DNA of 64,000 nucleotides from positions 32,001 to 96,000 of IMG/VR virus record IMGVR_UViG_3300028883_000036. One strand, written 5' to 3'. The notes beneath the pieces are model-generated. The model had not been told where the DNA came from. It was given only the letters and a program-made list of their open reading frames with translations, and searched no databases. This DNA comes from a virus. The position numbers were made by a program, and so were the translations under genes. Positions 1-9,642 of this stretch are shown in pieces. Every line of letters begins with the position of its first letter. Positions within the stretch are counted from its first letter, which is position 1.

Positions 1-321
1 ATAAATATTGATTTAAATTGTATGATGAATAAATCAATACATATAATAACCCGAATATTAGAATTAATTAATGCTCTAAAAACTAAAAATATCATGATAG
101 TATTGAATGTCATGATAACAAATCCAAGACAAAAAACAACTTCACAATTAATAGAAATAAATAAATCCTTTATTTCAAAATTTTTAAAAAATAAAAGCTT
201 TTTGAATAATGCTGTAGATTGGAATATATATAAAAATAAAATATATTCATATCATGGTACAGGAAAGAAGGGAAAGACAATAATGAGTACATTAATCTTA
301 TGGAAGGGGGGGTGAAAGTAG

Positions 322-462
322 ATGAGTGAACAACAGAAAAAATTATTTATAAAATGTCTAAAAGCTTTTCCTGAAGATGCAACTGAACTTGCTAAAGCAT
401 TTAATGTTTCCAAAAGATCACTTGCAGCTTTCAAAGCTAATATGACAATGGGTAGATACTAA
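322..462 (+). CDS. Small HTH-like protein (46 aa, not in the ORF track)
   Basis: Manual translation MSEQQKKLFIKCLKAFPEDATELAKAFNVSKRSLAAFKANMTMGRY*. G-rich RBS upstream; TELAKAFNVSKRSL looks like an HTH; followed directly by a hairpin. Confidence 0.6.
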   Translation: MSEQQKKLFIKCLKAFPEDATELAKAFNVSKRSLAAFKANMTMGRY

Positions 463-464
463 TT

Positions 465-500
465 GTAAGAAGGAAAACATTTCTTTGTTTTCCTTCTTGC
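465..500. terminator. Stem-loop, probably a terminator between convergent genes
   Basis: AAGAAGGAAAACA / TGTTTTCCTTCTT inverted repeat between the + strand ORF ending at 462 and the - strand operon ending at 547. Confidence 0.7.
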
Positions 501-546
501 TTTCTATTAGTTTTATATATCTACTTTTGGAAATGATTGATGTAAA

Positions 547-1083
547 TTAAAAAAATACTCCTAATTCTTCTTTACTTAATCCATCATCTTTTCTTTCAAT
601 TACTGCTATCGTATCATGAATTGCCCCACCATGAGACATTAAAAGAATATGTTCCTGTTTATATCCTCTTGTCTTACCCATCGTATTCGAATGGTATCCA
701 AAAGATATTGATATATGATTGGGTTTCATTATTTTACCCAATTCATTCTTGATCTGATTGAATGAACTGCTAACAGCCCCATCATACATTTCCATTGATT
801 TTCGATAAGCATATGGTGGGTCTAAAATTATAGTATTAAATTTATCTAATCCCCATAATTCAAGTTTATTACTCCAATGTCTAATAAACTCAAGAGCATC
901 CATATGGTAATCACATGGCATATTTTCTCTTATATCATTTCTTATTTCATTACAATTGAGTTTATATTTTCCTGCAAATAAATTTAAAACTTTACCTTCT
1001 ACATTTTGTTCTACCCATTCTCTTACCCTTTTATTCTTAAAAGTATATCTGTAAAGGGGAGTTTTCATGTATGTAATTTTCAT
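547..1083 (-). CDS. Small amino (N6-adenine/N4-cytosine) methyltransferase
   Basis: Motif I VLNLFAG and motif IV ILDPPY. Confidence 0.7.
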   Translation of the reverse strand: MKITYMKTPLYRYTFKNKRVREWVEQNVEGKVLNLFAGKYKLNCNEIRNDIRENMPCDYHMDALEFIRHWSNKLELWGLDKFNTIILDPPYAYRKSMEMYDGAVSSSFNQIKNELGKIMKPNHISISFGYHSNTMGKTRGYKQEHILLMSHGGAIHDTIAVIERKDDGLSKEELGVFF

Positions 1084-1085
1084 TA

Positions 1086-1283
1086 TTAATCCTCTACATA
1101 AACAATTTCAATTTCATATATAGAAGTATATGGAATAACGTATGTCTTTATAGTTTCATCATCTTTTGTAACTCTAATTCCATATTCCTTCCATTGAATA
1201 TCATCAAATAAAATTTCTTCAGTATATTCAAATAAATTTTTAGTAGAATATGATTTCCATTTAACTTTATATTTTGTTTTCAT
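1086..1283 (-). CDS. Hypothetical protein
   Basis: 65 aa ORF tightly packed in the operon. Confidence 0.6.
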   Translation of the reverse strand: MKTKYKVKWKSYSTKNLFEYTEEILFDDIQWKEYGIRVTKDDETIKTYVIPYTSIYEIEIVYVED

Positions 1284-2101
1284 TAAAATCCTTTACAATT
1301 ATCTCCATCTACAAACATACATCTTGCTTTAGCAAAATCAACTGAATAATCATATAAATGAAGCCCCTTTGAAGCACAAATCATTTCTCCTTGTTTTACA
1401 CCAATTTCATATGCCATATGCTCTTGTAACATACTAATTCCAGCAACATTAGCAGGAAATCCACTCCATAAATCCCAACTTCTAAAATAAGGATAGAAAT
1501 GAAGTTTTCCATCTTGAACTCTTGTATCAATATGTCTTAAACAGGGTGGATCTAAAAGAAGCATATCAGTAGGTTTAGCTACTTGTAAAACCATTTGGTT
1601 AGTTCTTGGATGTTCTCTATATACTTCTATAGCCAAATCTACTTGAGATAGAAATTTATCTTTATCATATACAATATCTTCAAGAACTTTACTACCTGAA
1701 AATTTTCTATATATTTTATTTTTTACTACCATATTATCTGAAATTTCTTTTGATACAGGTTCTTTATTTATTCTTTGTCCATATGTATATGATTCATCTT
1801 CACTTACATCAGCACCTAAAATATACCCTGCATAATTATTTAAATAATCATCTGAAACAGGAGCAGGAATATTCATATGTTCAGGAATTTTAGGTATTCT
1901 TGGAAGTCCTGTAACTTCATCTCTTATCCAAGGCATAGTAATTTGAGCCACTATAAAGTCAAATTCTTTTCTTACACTACCTGCAAATGATCCTTGATCA
2001 ATTTTGAAATCTCTACCATTTTCAATAATATTATATACCAATTGGAACCAACAATCATCCAAGGTTGTAGCTTTTATATTAACAATTTTTTGTTTATTCA
2101 T
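1283..2101 (-). CDS. thyA: Thymidylate synthase (ThyA family)
   Basis: YTYGQR, catalytic PPC and FRSWDLWSGFPAN motifs (Asn at the dUMP-specificity position), then GLHLY. Confidence 0.85.
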   Translation of the reverse strand: MNKQKIVNIKATTLDDCWFQLVYNIIENGRDFKIDQGSFAGSVRKEFDFIVAQITMPWIRDEVTGLPRIPKIPEHMNIPAPVSDDYLNNYAGYILGADVSEDESYTYGQRINKEPVSKEISDNMVVKNKIYRKFSGSKVLEDIVYDKDKFLSQVDLAIEVYREHPRTNQMVLQVAKPTDMLLLDPPCLRHIDTRVQDGKLHFYPYFRSWDLWSGFPANVAGISMLQEHMAYEIGVKQGEMICASKGLHLYDYSVDFAKARCMFVDGDNCKGF

Positions 2102-2102
2102 A

Positions 2103-2936
2103 TTAATCTCCTTGATTTAACATTTCTTTTATATAATCATTTAATTTTCTTTCAGCTTTAAAATCTATTCTATTTTCTGCTATACTTATATCAGCTACAG
2201 AACTATCTGTACCAATTATTCTACTATCTACAAATTTATAATGATCATTAAATTTTCTTTTTGGAAACATAGCTAATAAATCCATAATAGATGTTCCTAT
2301 GCCTGTTCCTATATCCATAGGTGATTTATCTTTTGGCTGAATCTCTATTATTTTCATAATAGCTTTACATACATCCCAAACATGAACAAAATCTCTTATT
2401 TGTTTACCATCTCCATGAATCAATAATGGTTCATCTTGTCTAAATTTAGTAATAAATTGTTTTACACAAGTTTGTTTTTTAGACAAATATTGATCACCAC
2501 CATAAACATTTGCTAGCCTTATAACATAATTCGAACCAAATTCTTGATTATAAGATTCTGCCATTTTCTCAACAGTCCATTTTATAGAGGCATATAGACT
2601 TGATTTAGGGTCTTTAGCAGCTTGAGAGGATGTAAATACAACTGGAATTTTATATTGGGTACATAGCTTGAAAATGTTTTGAGCACTCAATATATTGTCT
2701 CTTACGGCTTTTACAGGGTCATTTTCACATGCCGCTAACCCACTTAATGCAGCTAAATGAACAACAGCATTATATTTACTGACATTTTTTATATCTTGAG
2801 CTAATGGCCCAATACCACATTTAGATGAATTACTGTAATCACAAATATCAAAAATTACATCATTTCTATATCTGTTTACATAATTATATAAATTTGTTCC
2901 AATATAGCCAAATCCACCAGTTATCAATATTTTCAT
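2103..2936 (-). CDS. NAD-dependent nucleotide-sugar epimerase/dehydratase
   Basis: TGGFGYIG, HLAA, YASIK (YxxxK), RLANVYG and RDFVHVWD motifs. Confidence 0.9.
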   Translation of the reverse strand: MKILITGGFGYIGTNLYNYVNRYRNDVIFDICDYSNSSKCGIGPLAQDIKNVSKYNAVVHLAALSGLAACENDPVKAVRDNILSAQNIFKLCTQYKIPVVFTSSQAAKDPKSSLYASIKWTVEKMAESYNQEFGSNYVIRLANVYGGDQYLSKKQTCVKQFITKFRQDEPLLIHGDGKQIRDFVHVWDVCKAIMKIIEIQPKDKSPMDIGTGIGTSIMDLLAMFPKRKFNDHYKFVDSRIIGTDSSVADISIAENRIDFKAERKLNDYIKEMLNQGD

Positions 2937-3271
2937 TAATTTTTCTCCTTATCAGACCATTTAGGTTCATTCCATAAATGAATATGTTCCCTACCTACTG
3001 TTTTATTTTCTTTTGCATCAGGAACTTTATTCCAATCAATTTCTTCAATATCTTCATCTGCTGCTTCAGGATTATGTAAAAATATATATGCTTTATCATG
3101 TCTAATAAAATCATAATGTTCATCTTTAATCCAAATTCCTATTAGTCCTCTTATTAAAGTTTGAGAAGCACCAATATAAACAGGCAGAAGTTTATTATGT
3201 TTGTCTATTATATGAGTAGGATACCATGTTGATTGATAATCTACTTCATCATTTAAAATTAACCATGCCAT
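2936..3271 (-). CDS. Hypothetical protein
   Basis: 111 aa ORF abutting both neighbours. Confidence 0.6.
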   Translation of the reverse strand: MAWLILNDEVDYQSTWYPTHIIDKHNKLLPVYIGASQTLIRGLIGIWIKDEHYDFIRHDKAYIFLHNPEAADEDIEEIDWNKVPDAKENKTVGREHIHLWNEPKWSDKEKN

Positions 3272-4003
3272 TTAACATCTCCCACAACCACCCATAGTAT
3301 AACCTTTCAACCAAGGATAAGATGAAATTATATCATTTACTACTTTTACTTGATTCTGATTCCATCTAATTTTTGCTCTTGTTATTCTTGGTTTTTTCCA
3401 TACTGTTTCTCTAACATAATCTCTCCATTGAGGATCAAATGAAATTTCTAAAAAGTTAGATATTTCTTCAAGAGTATTATGCATTTTAGTAATAACATCT
3501 TCATGTTTTACTGTCAATATGTCTTCTGATTTTTTAAGTTTATCTATGGTTTGATTTAATTTTTTATATTTCTCTATTACAATATTTAATTCTTTTTTTA
3601 TAGTATTTTTTTCATTATTTTTATTCTGATAATTTAATCTTGCCCAAGTAGCAAGATTATCAAATGGATTTCTTACAACTAGTATCCATTTTAGGGGAAC
3701 TCCTACTTGAGATTTAATTATACCCAATCTTTGAGGATTATTACTTAATATTTCTGTAGTTCGATGCCCTGTTTTATCTCCAATTATAGTAATTTCTTGT
3801 TTTGGAACATGTTTTATTTGAGTAGTACTTTTCCAAGTATGAGGTTTTAAACTATATGATTTTATATAATCTAACGATATTTTTTTTTGAGAAAAAATAT
3901 TTAGTTGATTAGATACCATACAATTTGGATTTGCATTTAAAATAGCAGCAACTAAAGTATGTCCTGATCTTGGAAATCCACAAAAACAAAGAAAATATTT
4001 CAT
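3272..4003 (-). CDS. Sulfotransferase family protein
   Basis: 5'-PSB loop GFPRSGHT, 3'-PB motif VVRNPFDNLAT, and HED motif. Confidence 0.8.
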   Translation of the reverse strand: MKYFLCFCGFPRSGHTLVAAILNANPNCMVSNQLNIFSQKKISLDYIKSYSLKPHTWKSTTQIKHVPKQEITIIGDKTGHRTTEILSNNPQRLGIIKSQVGVPLKWILVVRNPFDNLATWARLNYQNKNNEKNTIKKELNIVIEKYKKLNQTIDKLKKSEDILTVKHEDVITKMHNTLEEISNFLEISFDPQWRDYVRETVWKKPRITRAKIRWNQNQVKVVNDIISSYPWLKGYTMGGCGRC

Positions 4004-4296
4004 AACACCTCATCTTTATGATATTGTCTGGACATTGGTTTAAGCATCTCCCACATATATCTTTTTCTTCTATCTAAAATAAATGCTTTTTCTATTCCAT
4101 GATGTATATTAACACCCTGATTTTTTTTATATTTAGCACTTCTTCTAGTCCTAAGAATATAATATTTATGTAATAACCATTCCTTTTTAGCTTTATAATA
4201 CATTGATTTAAAATCTTTTCTTTTATCTAATAAATTAAATAATTTATTTGAAATAAAATCAAATATAAATATGATATCATATTTATCCATAATCAA
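4000..4296 (-). CDS. Hypothetical protein
   Basis: ORF with AGGAG RBS, in operon. Confidence 0.55.
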   Translation of the reverse strand: MIMDKYDIIFIFDFISNKLFNLLDKRKDFKSMYYKAKKEWLLHKYYILRTRRSAKYKKNQGVNIHHGIEKAFILDRRKRYMWEMLKPMSRQYHKDEVL

Positions 4297-4301
4297 TTCT
4301 C

Positions 4302-4409
4302 CTATTTTTTAATATCTCTTATTTTTTCAATAATTATCATATATGAAACAAAAACAGCTATAAATAATCCAAACAAAGTTCCCCCAATAAATACAAGAAA
4401 CCAAAACAT
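4302..4409 (-). CDS. Small single-TM membrane peptide (35 aa, not in the ORF track)
   Basis: Manual translation MFWFLVFIGGTLFGLFIAVFVSYMIIIEKIRDIKK*; fills the gap between two genes. Confidence 0.5.
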   Translation of the reverse strand: MFWFLVFIGGTLFGLFIAVFVSYMIIIEKIRDIKK

Positions 4410-4411
4410 TT

Positions 4412-4843
4412 TTACATTTTTCCTTCTTTGTTTCTTTTACTAGTTTCAGCAATAGATAAAACTTTATATATATTTTGGCTTGCATATGGCAAGAAAAGTT
4501 TAATATATTTATTCATATAAATTAAATAAACATCTTTTCCTGCTTTCAATCCTTCTTCAAGTTCTTCATGGACTCCTGCTCCAATAACACCATCTGTATA
4601 TGTAACACCAACAATAATATCACATGATCTTGCTATTTCTCTGAAGATTTCAAATGGATTTTTATCTCCTGCTTTTTTTCTTTCCATATATAAATCACTT
4701 AACCATTTCTGATTAGGATTCATAATTTCAATATCTTCATCTGCATCTATCATTATACCAATTATAACAATACAATCCATCTCAATATCTTCATTATAAT
4801 GAACCTTGGGATGTGAAAAATATATAGTTTTTATATCATCCAT
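4412..4843 (-). CDS. Nucleoside 2-deoxyribosyltransferase-like / nucleotide N-hydrolase fold protein
   Basis: IYFSHP ... CDIIV ... GAGVHEEL ... GKDVYLI pattern typical of the NDT fold. Confidence 0.5.
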   Translation of the reverse strand: MDDIKTIYFSHPKVHYNEDIEMDCIVIIGIMIDADEDIEIMNPNQKWLSDLYMERKKAGDKNPFEIFREIARSCDIIVGVTYTDGVIGAGVHEELEEGLKAGKDVYLIYMNKYIKLFLPYASQNIYKVLSIAETSKRNKEGKM

Positions 4844-5556
4844 TGAAATTTAGTCTCCTTAAATTCTTTTTTAATTTTCTCTATATTTGGAAGATAAACA
4901 GAAATATCATCCTTATTCTTCTTTTTTGTTTTAGCATACATTTTTATCTGTTTTACTTTAAAAAAATCACATACAGCTATATTTGCATTATTAGACAAAT
5001 ATGTTTTTTCTCCATCTACTTCACCTATAATATCTTCATAAAATAAAGTTAATTTTATATTTCCTTTTAGTTCTTTTTTCCAGTATTCATTAAATCTATG
5101 AGCTTCTTTTACCATATTAAATAATCGTTTTGGTTCTATAATAACAGGATTATGTTTAGTAGTTGCAGCAGTTAATCCTGAAATAATTTGTTTAACAAGA
5201 TTTTTTCTCATCAAATGAATCATTGGAATACTTTTACCTTTTATATATTCCATAAGTCCTTGATGATATGTTATTTGATTGTACATAATCTTAAAAATAG
5301 TATTTTTATTAGGATATGTCTTGTAAATAACATTCTCTATGTATTCTTTTGGTGTATTAAGATCACTTCTAAGATATGGAACAAAACCTGATTTTCTCAT
5401 TCCTGGTTTTCTTGCCATATTAACAAATACTTCATCTATCCCCATTATATCAGGATGAGAATTAATTGCATTTTGTAAAAATGTAGATCCTACTCTTTTA
5501 TTGGATAGCTGGATAGCTCTTATATATTTTTCCATGTTTCTCCTTATTTTTTTCAT
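4831..5556 (-). CDS. Stf0-like sulfotransferase
   Basis: SNKRVGSTFL, NSHPDI, FKIMY, HLMRKNLVKQIIS and YEDI motifs. Confidence 0.8.
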   Translation of the reverse strand: MKKIRRNMEKYIRAIQLSNKRVGSTFLQNAINSHPDIMGIDEVFVNMARKPGMRKSGFVPYLRSDLNTPKEYIENVIYKTYPNKNTIFKIMYNQITYHQGLMEYIKGKSIPMIHLMRKNLVKQIISGLTAATTKHNPVIIEPKRLFNMVKEAHRFNEYWKKELKGNIKLTLFYEDIIGEVDGEKTYLSNNANIAVCDFFKVKQIKMYAKTKKKNKDDISVYLPNIEKIKKEFKETKFQWMI

Positions 5557-6120
5557 TCATATATCAACTTCCTCAACTTTATATATATTATGTAACCAAT
5601 TTACAATCTTTTCCCATGATATGAAATGCTCTTTATGACATAAATAAGAAGGATCAATTATTTTTCTAACATTATCTTTTTGATTTTCATTAATAATCCA
5701 ATTATCAAATGATTTTCTGCTTACTCCTATTATTTTTTTAGTTTTTTGAGATATCAAAAGTACAACATGGGGTTTTTCTTCTCTTATTTTCCACGAACTA
5801 ACAGTAGATACTATTGCAGTATCAAATGGATAATCAGAAGGACAAGTGAAATTAAGATTTCTTGATTTTACCTCAAATAATATTGGTTTTTTATTAAAAA
5901 TTCCAACCAATAAATCTTTTTGATCTTTGAATTTATGTCTATCATTTATATTTCTTCTTTTTATTGAATCCCTTTTAGGACTACATTTAACTGCAAATCC
6001 TTCATTCATTAATAAAAGACCTATATATAATTCATACTGCCTACCTTTATGTAGTTCATTGAAAAATAGTTCATCATTTTCAAACCAATTAACATCTATT
6101 TCTAAGTTGGGTTTCTTCAT
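5557..6120 (-). CDS. PD-(D/E)XK-like nuclease
   Basis: E ... KDLLV ... FEVKSR arrangement. Confidence 0.5.
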   Translation of the reverse strand: MKKPNLEIDVNWFENDELFFNELHKGRQYELYIGLLLMNEGFAVKCSPKRDSIKRRNINDRHKFKDQKDLLVGIFNKKPILFEVKSRNLNFTCPSDYPFDTAIVSTVSSWKIREEKPHVVLLISQKTKKIIGVSRKSFDNWIINENQKDNVRKIIDPSYLCHKEHFISWEKIVNWLHNIYKVEEVDI

Positions 6121-6123
6121 TAA

Positions 6124-6879
6124 TTAGAATTTCCTAAACAATATATCTTTTTTCTTCTTGAACTCTATATCTGTTTCTTCACTTTCAATTTCTTCTGTAT
6201 TTTTTTCTTCATCAGTTTTCTTTAAAAATAATACCCACTCGTTTTTATATCCAGTATCTAAATAGTCATTATAAATTACTTCAAAAGGACCAACTGTATG
6301 TTGAGCATAATCAACAAAGTTATGGAAAAGTTGTGGTGAATCAATATAACTAAAATGCTTTCTTTTATTACCTGGAACTTGATTCAAACAAATCATATAT
6401 TTACTTGTTACTCTTACCATTTCTTCTAACCCTTTTGCATAATCAGGTAAAAGACCATGTAAATGATGAGAAAATACAAAATCAAATGAATTATCATCAA
6501 ATTCCATATCACAAGCATTTCCATATCTTACTGGTCTTCCTTTTTCAATAGCATATTTCACATAAGGTTCAGAATATTCTAATCCAACAGACATAATATT
6601 ACGCATTCTTAGCCATTCAGGAAACTGAGCATCTTTAGTACCTACGTCAAGAATTGCCCAATCAAACAAATCTTTTTCATCTATAAAAGCAGTTTCTATT
6701 GCCCAATTCCATAACCATTTACATCTATCAATACTAGGCCAATCCTGTAAAGGATCACAATCTAAAAATTCTTTTCTATATGTTGTATCATATTCAAGTT
6801 TTTTCTTTATCTGAACACCTATTTTTTCTGTTGGTGCATCATAAAGAGATTTATCTGTTTTCCATCTTTGTTGTGCCAT
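6124..6879 (-). CDS. Class I SAM-dependent methyltransferase
   Basis: ILDVGT, GLEYS and FDDNSFDFVFSHH motifs. Confidence 0.8.
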   Translation of the reverse strand: MAQQRWKTDKSLYDAPTEKIGVQIKKKLEYDTTYRKEFLDCDPLQDWPSIDRCKWLWNWAIETAFIDEKDLFDWAILDVGTKDAQFPEWLRMRNIMSVGLEYSEPYVKYAIEKGRPVRYGNACDMEFDDNSFDFVFSHHLHGLLPDYAKGLEEMVRVTSKYMICLNQVPGNKRKHFSYIDSPQLFHNFVDYAQHTVGPFEVIYNDYLDTGYKNEWVLFLKKTDEEKNTEEIESEETDIEFKKKKDILFRKF

Positions 6880-6882
6880 AAT

Positions 6883-7179
6883 TTAAACTCCTTCTAATTT
6901 TTTAATAGAATTACTTACAACTTCATCTATTTCATCTAAATTAATTTCTTGTAAGTATTTTCCATATCCCATACCTTTAACTGCTCCCATAGTTTTTATA
7001 TCAGAATCTAATTGTCTATGATATAATCCATCTACAATGATATCCAATTCATTATGTATTTCTTTAATTTTATCTATATCTATATCTTTTATAGTAATTG
7101 TTAGAAATGGGCCTACTGATGAGAAATCACCAGTATTGAAAGTGAATTTTTTTCCTAATGTTATATCACATTTTAACAT
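6883..7179 (-). CDS. Hypothetical protein
   Basis: ORF with AAGGAG RBS. Confidence 0.6.
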   Translation of the reverse strand: MLKCDITLGKKFTFNTGDFSSVGPFLTITIKDIDIDKIKEIHNELDIIVDGLYHRQLDSDIKTMGAVKGMGYGKYLQEINLDEIDEVVSNSIKKLEGV

Positions 7180-7188
7180 ATTATCTCC

Positions 7189-7680
7189 TTATATATTCAT
7201 TTCTCTTTTTGAAATGAAACCTTCTCTAATAGGAACATTTATTTCTTCTTTGTCTTTTTTTTCAAGACTCCAACCACAATCATTATTTATTCTTGATTCT
7301 GCTTTTCTATCTACTAAATCAAAATCAAAATCATCTCTACTAATTTTACTAAATACTGCTTTAGCTTGATTCAATTGTGATTCTAATATTTTTATTTGAG
7401 TTCTTTTTCTTGCTATAAAGTTTCTTCTAGCTGCTTCTTTAGATGTGTATGCAAATGAATTAAATGAATGTTTTTTTACCCATTTTTTAGTTCTCTCTTT
7501 ATATTCTATTGGATTAAATGCAAATAAATAATCCCAAATTCTAGATATCCAATATCCCTTTGGGGTTTCTCTTAAAACCTCATATTTTTCAAGATCTATA
7601 TGAACTTGACCACCATGATAATAAGTATCTCTATATCTATAAAGTTCCATAATAAAAAACACTATAACATATTCAGTCAA
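7189..7680 (-). CDS. Hypothetical phage protein (probable start at the internal MELYRY)
   Basis: YEVLRETPKGYWI and FAYTSKEAA motifs seen in small phage proteins. Confidence 0.6.
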   Translation of the reverse strand: MTEYVIVFFIMELYRYRDTYYHGGQVHIDLEKYEVLRETPKGYWISRIWDYLFAFNPIEYKERTKKWVKKHSFNSFAYTSKEAARRNFIARKRTQIKILESQLNQAKAVFSKISRDDFDFDLVDRKAESRINNDCGWSLEKKDKEEINVPIREGFISKREMNI

Positions 7681-7699
7681 AAATGTAATTGATTTTTTT

Positions 7700-8425
7700 T
7701 TATTTTTTTAAATTTTTTACTCTATCTTTTATTTCAGATGGTCCATATTTTTTTGTATATGATTTTATTTTATCGGGTATATTCAAAAAATTGCTTATAT
7801 TTTTAGTATTTATTATTTCAGCATTTACATCATTTGTCATATCTTCATATGATAATTTTATAGAATTAGAAAATAATGATTCAATCTCTTTATCTTTATT
7901 CTTATTATTTATTATTTTTTGATCTATCTGCTTTATTTGATTTTCTCCTAATTCCATCTTTTTCTTACCATCATGTTTATGCATAAATTGATTAGTATAA
8001 GCTGATATGATTTGCTTTTCTCTATCTTCTCTATATAAATGAACAACTTTTATTTTTCTGTCATTTATATAATTAACTACTTGTGGTAATCGTTTAATAT
8101 GAGGATGTAACAATTTAAATCCTACTATACCATCTTCTTCATAAATACCATCAAGATATTCATATATATCTTTTTTGGTTATATTTTTTAAAGGATATTC
8201 TGTTCCTGTAAAGTTATATTTTTTTGAAAGAAAATTATATAAATTTTTAGGTCTATTCTTTTGTCGAAAATCTTCTATTGATTTCTGTGGATGAGTTTTT
8301 ATAATCATATGATTCATTTTATTTGTTAAAATTTCACCATAAACATTAAATCCATCCAAATTATTTAATGCTATACATAACATTGTAGTTCCTGTTCTAG
8401 GTAAACTTACTATTACAAAATTCAT
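7700..8425 (-). CDS. Stf0-like sulfotransferase
   Basis: SLPRTGTTML, GFKLL, HLYREDREKQIIS and SYEDM motifs. Confidence 0.8.
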   Translation of the reverse strand: MNFVIVSLPRTGTTMLCIALNNLDGFNVYGEILTNKMNHMIIKTHPQKSIEDFRQKNRPKNLYNFLSKKYNFTGTEYPLKNITKKDIYEYLDGIYEEDGIVGFKLLHPHIKRLPQVVNYINDRKIKVVHLYREDREKQIISAYTNQFMHKHDGKKKMELGENQIKQIDQKIINNKNKDKEIESLFSNSIKLSYEDMTNDVNAEIINTKNISNFLNIPDKIKSYTKKYGPSEIKDRVKNLKK

Positions 8426-9615
8426 ATTTTAATTTTCCCCTTATAATCTACTTGCTTATTCTGATTCCATACAGAAGTACATATGATTTTAGACATAATA
8501 ACATTTTTTCTGTATTTATAAGCTACTTCTATAACTTCATCCATTAATCTATCATCTAAATATATAGGTGTAAGACCTAAATTGATTAAACTATCATTAT
8601 GAAATTTAAGATCATTCTTAGAGTCTTCATTTCTTGGATTTTCATAATACCTAATTTCTGCTTTTGTTATTTTATTAATCTTTTTAGCAAGATCATTAAT
8701 ATTTAAACATTCTGTAGTTTGATTAAATATTCTTACTCTATCACCACTTTCAGGTGGATTATCAACAGCTAAATTAATACATTCTACACTATTCTGAATA
8801 TGAATAAATGCCCTTGTTTGTCCACCTGATCCATATACTGTTAATGGATGCCCTACCTGACTCTGCATAAGTAGCCTATTCAATACTGTACCATAATCAC
8901 CATCATAATCAAATCTATTAATAAGCATATCATCAAGTTTAGTTTCATATGTTTGTGTACCCCATACAATACCTTGATGTAAATCAGTAATTCTTACATT
9001 ATCATTCTTATTAAAATATAAAAAAGATATAGCATCAGTACATTTTGTCATATGATAAATCGAACCAGGATTAGGTGGATACATAATTTCAATTTCTTTT
9101 TCTTCTCCATCAACATCTACTTTAACAGGTAAATAACCTTCAGGAATTTTCATACCAACATCACTGTATCCATAATAACCAGTAGTGCCTAAATGAACCA
9201 AGTGTATGTCTATTCCAGATTCTACTATAGCACATAAAACATTATTAGTTGCCATTGTATTATTTTGAATTGTATATCTTTTATGATAAGAAGATTTCAT
9301 AGAAAAAGGTGCTGCTCTTTGTTCAGCTAAATGAATAATCGTATGTGGTTTATATTCTTTAATTAATGTAAGAAGTCTATGATAATTATCTGATATATCG
9401 AAATTAAAATAAAGTATTTTTTTACCACTAATGTCTTCCCATGCTTTAATTCTTTTGCCTATAGGTTGTATTGGTGTAAGTGAACCACATTCAAGTTCAA
9501 TATCAGTATTTCTTCTCGCTAAATTATCTACTATAGCTACATCATGTCCATATCCTGACAGTCTCAAAACAGTCGGCCATCCAATAAAACCATCTCCACC
9601 TAATACTAGTATCAT
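8422..9615 (-). CDS. sqdB: UDP-sulfoquinovose synthase
   Basis: SqdB/SQD1/Agl3 signatures: LGGDGFIGWP, HLAEQRAAPFSM, HLGTTGYYG, PGSIYHMTK, DLHQGIVWG, RFDYDGDYGTVLNR, GQTRAFIHI. Confidence 0.92.
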   Translation of the reverse strand: MILVLGGDGFIGWPTVLRLSGYGHDVAIVDNLARRNTDIELECGSLTPIQPIGKRIKAWEDISGKKILYFNFDISDNYHRLLTLIKEYKPHTIIHLAEQRAAPFSMKSSYHKRYTIQNNTMATNNVLCAIVESGIDIHLVHLGTTGYYGYSDVGMKIPEGYLPVKVDVDGEEKEIEIMYPPNPGSIYHMTKCTDAISFLYFNKNDNVRITDLHQGIVWGTQTYETKLDDMLINRFDYDGDYGTVLNRLLMQSQVGHPLTVYGSGGQTRAFIHIQNSVECINLAVDNPPESGDRVRIFNQTTECLNINDLAKKINKITKAEIRYYENPRNEDSKNDLKFHNDSLINLGLTPIYLDDRLMDEVIEVAYKYRKNVIMSKIICTSVWNQNKQVDYKGKIKI

Positions 9616-9642
9616 TATTTCACCTTTTTCAAAGTTTTCTCT

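Noticed and set aside
22-434. ORFs 22..315 (+) and 252..434 (-)
   Set aside because: No recognisable motifs or RBS; 252..434 is antisense to the better-supported 322..462 ORF.
1283-2101. dCMP hydroxymethylase feeding T4-style DNA glucosylation by the GT island
   Set aside because: The specificity residue is Asn (GFPAN), as in dUMP-using ThyA, not Asp. The neighbouring enzymes (SqdB, WbqC, O-acetyltransferases) are surface-glycan types. A dU-based DNA modification cannot be fully excluded without nucleoside analysis.
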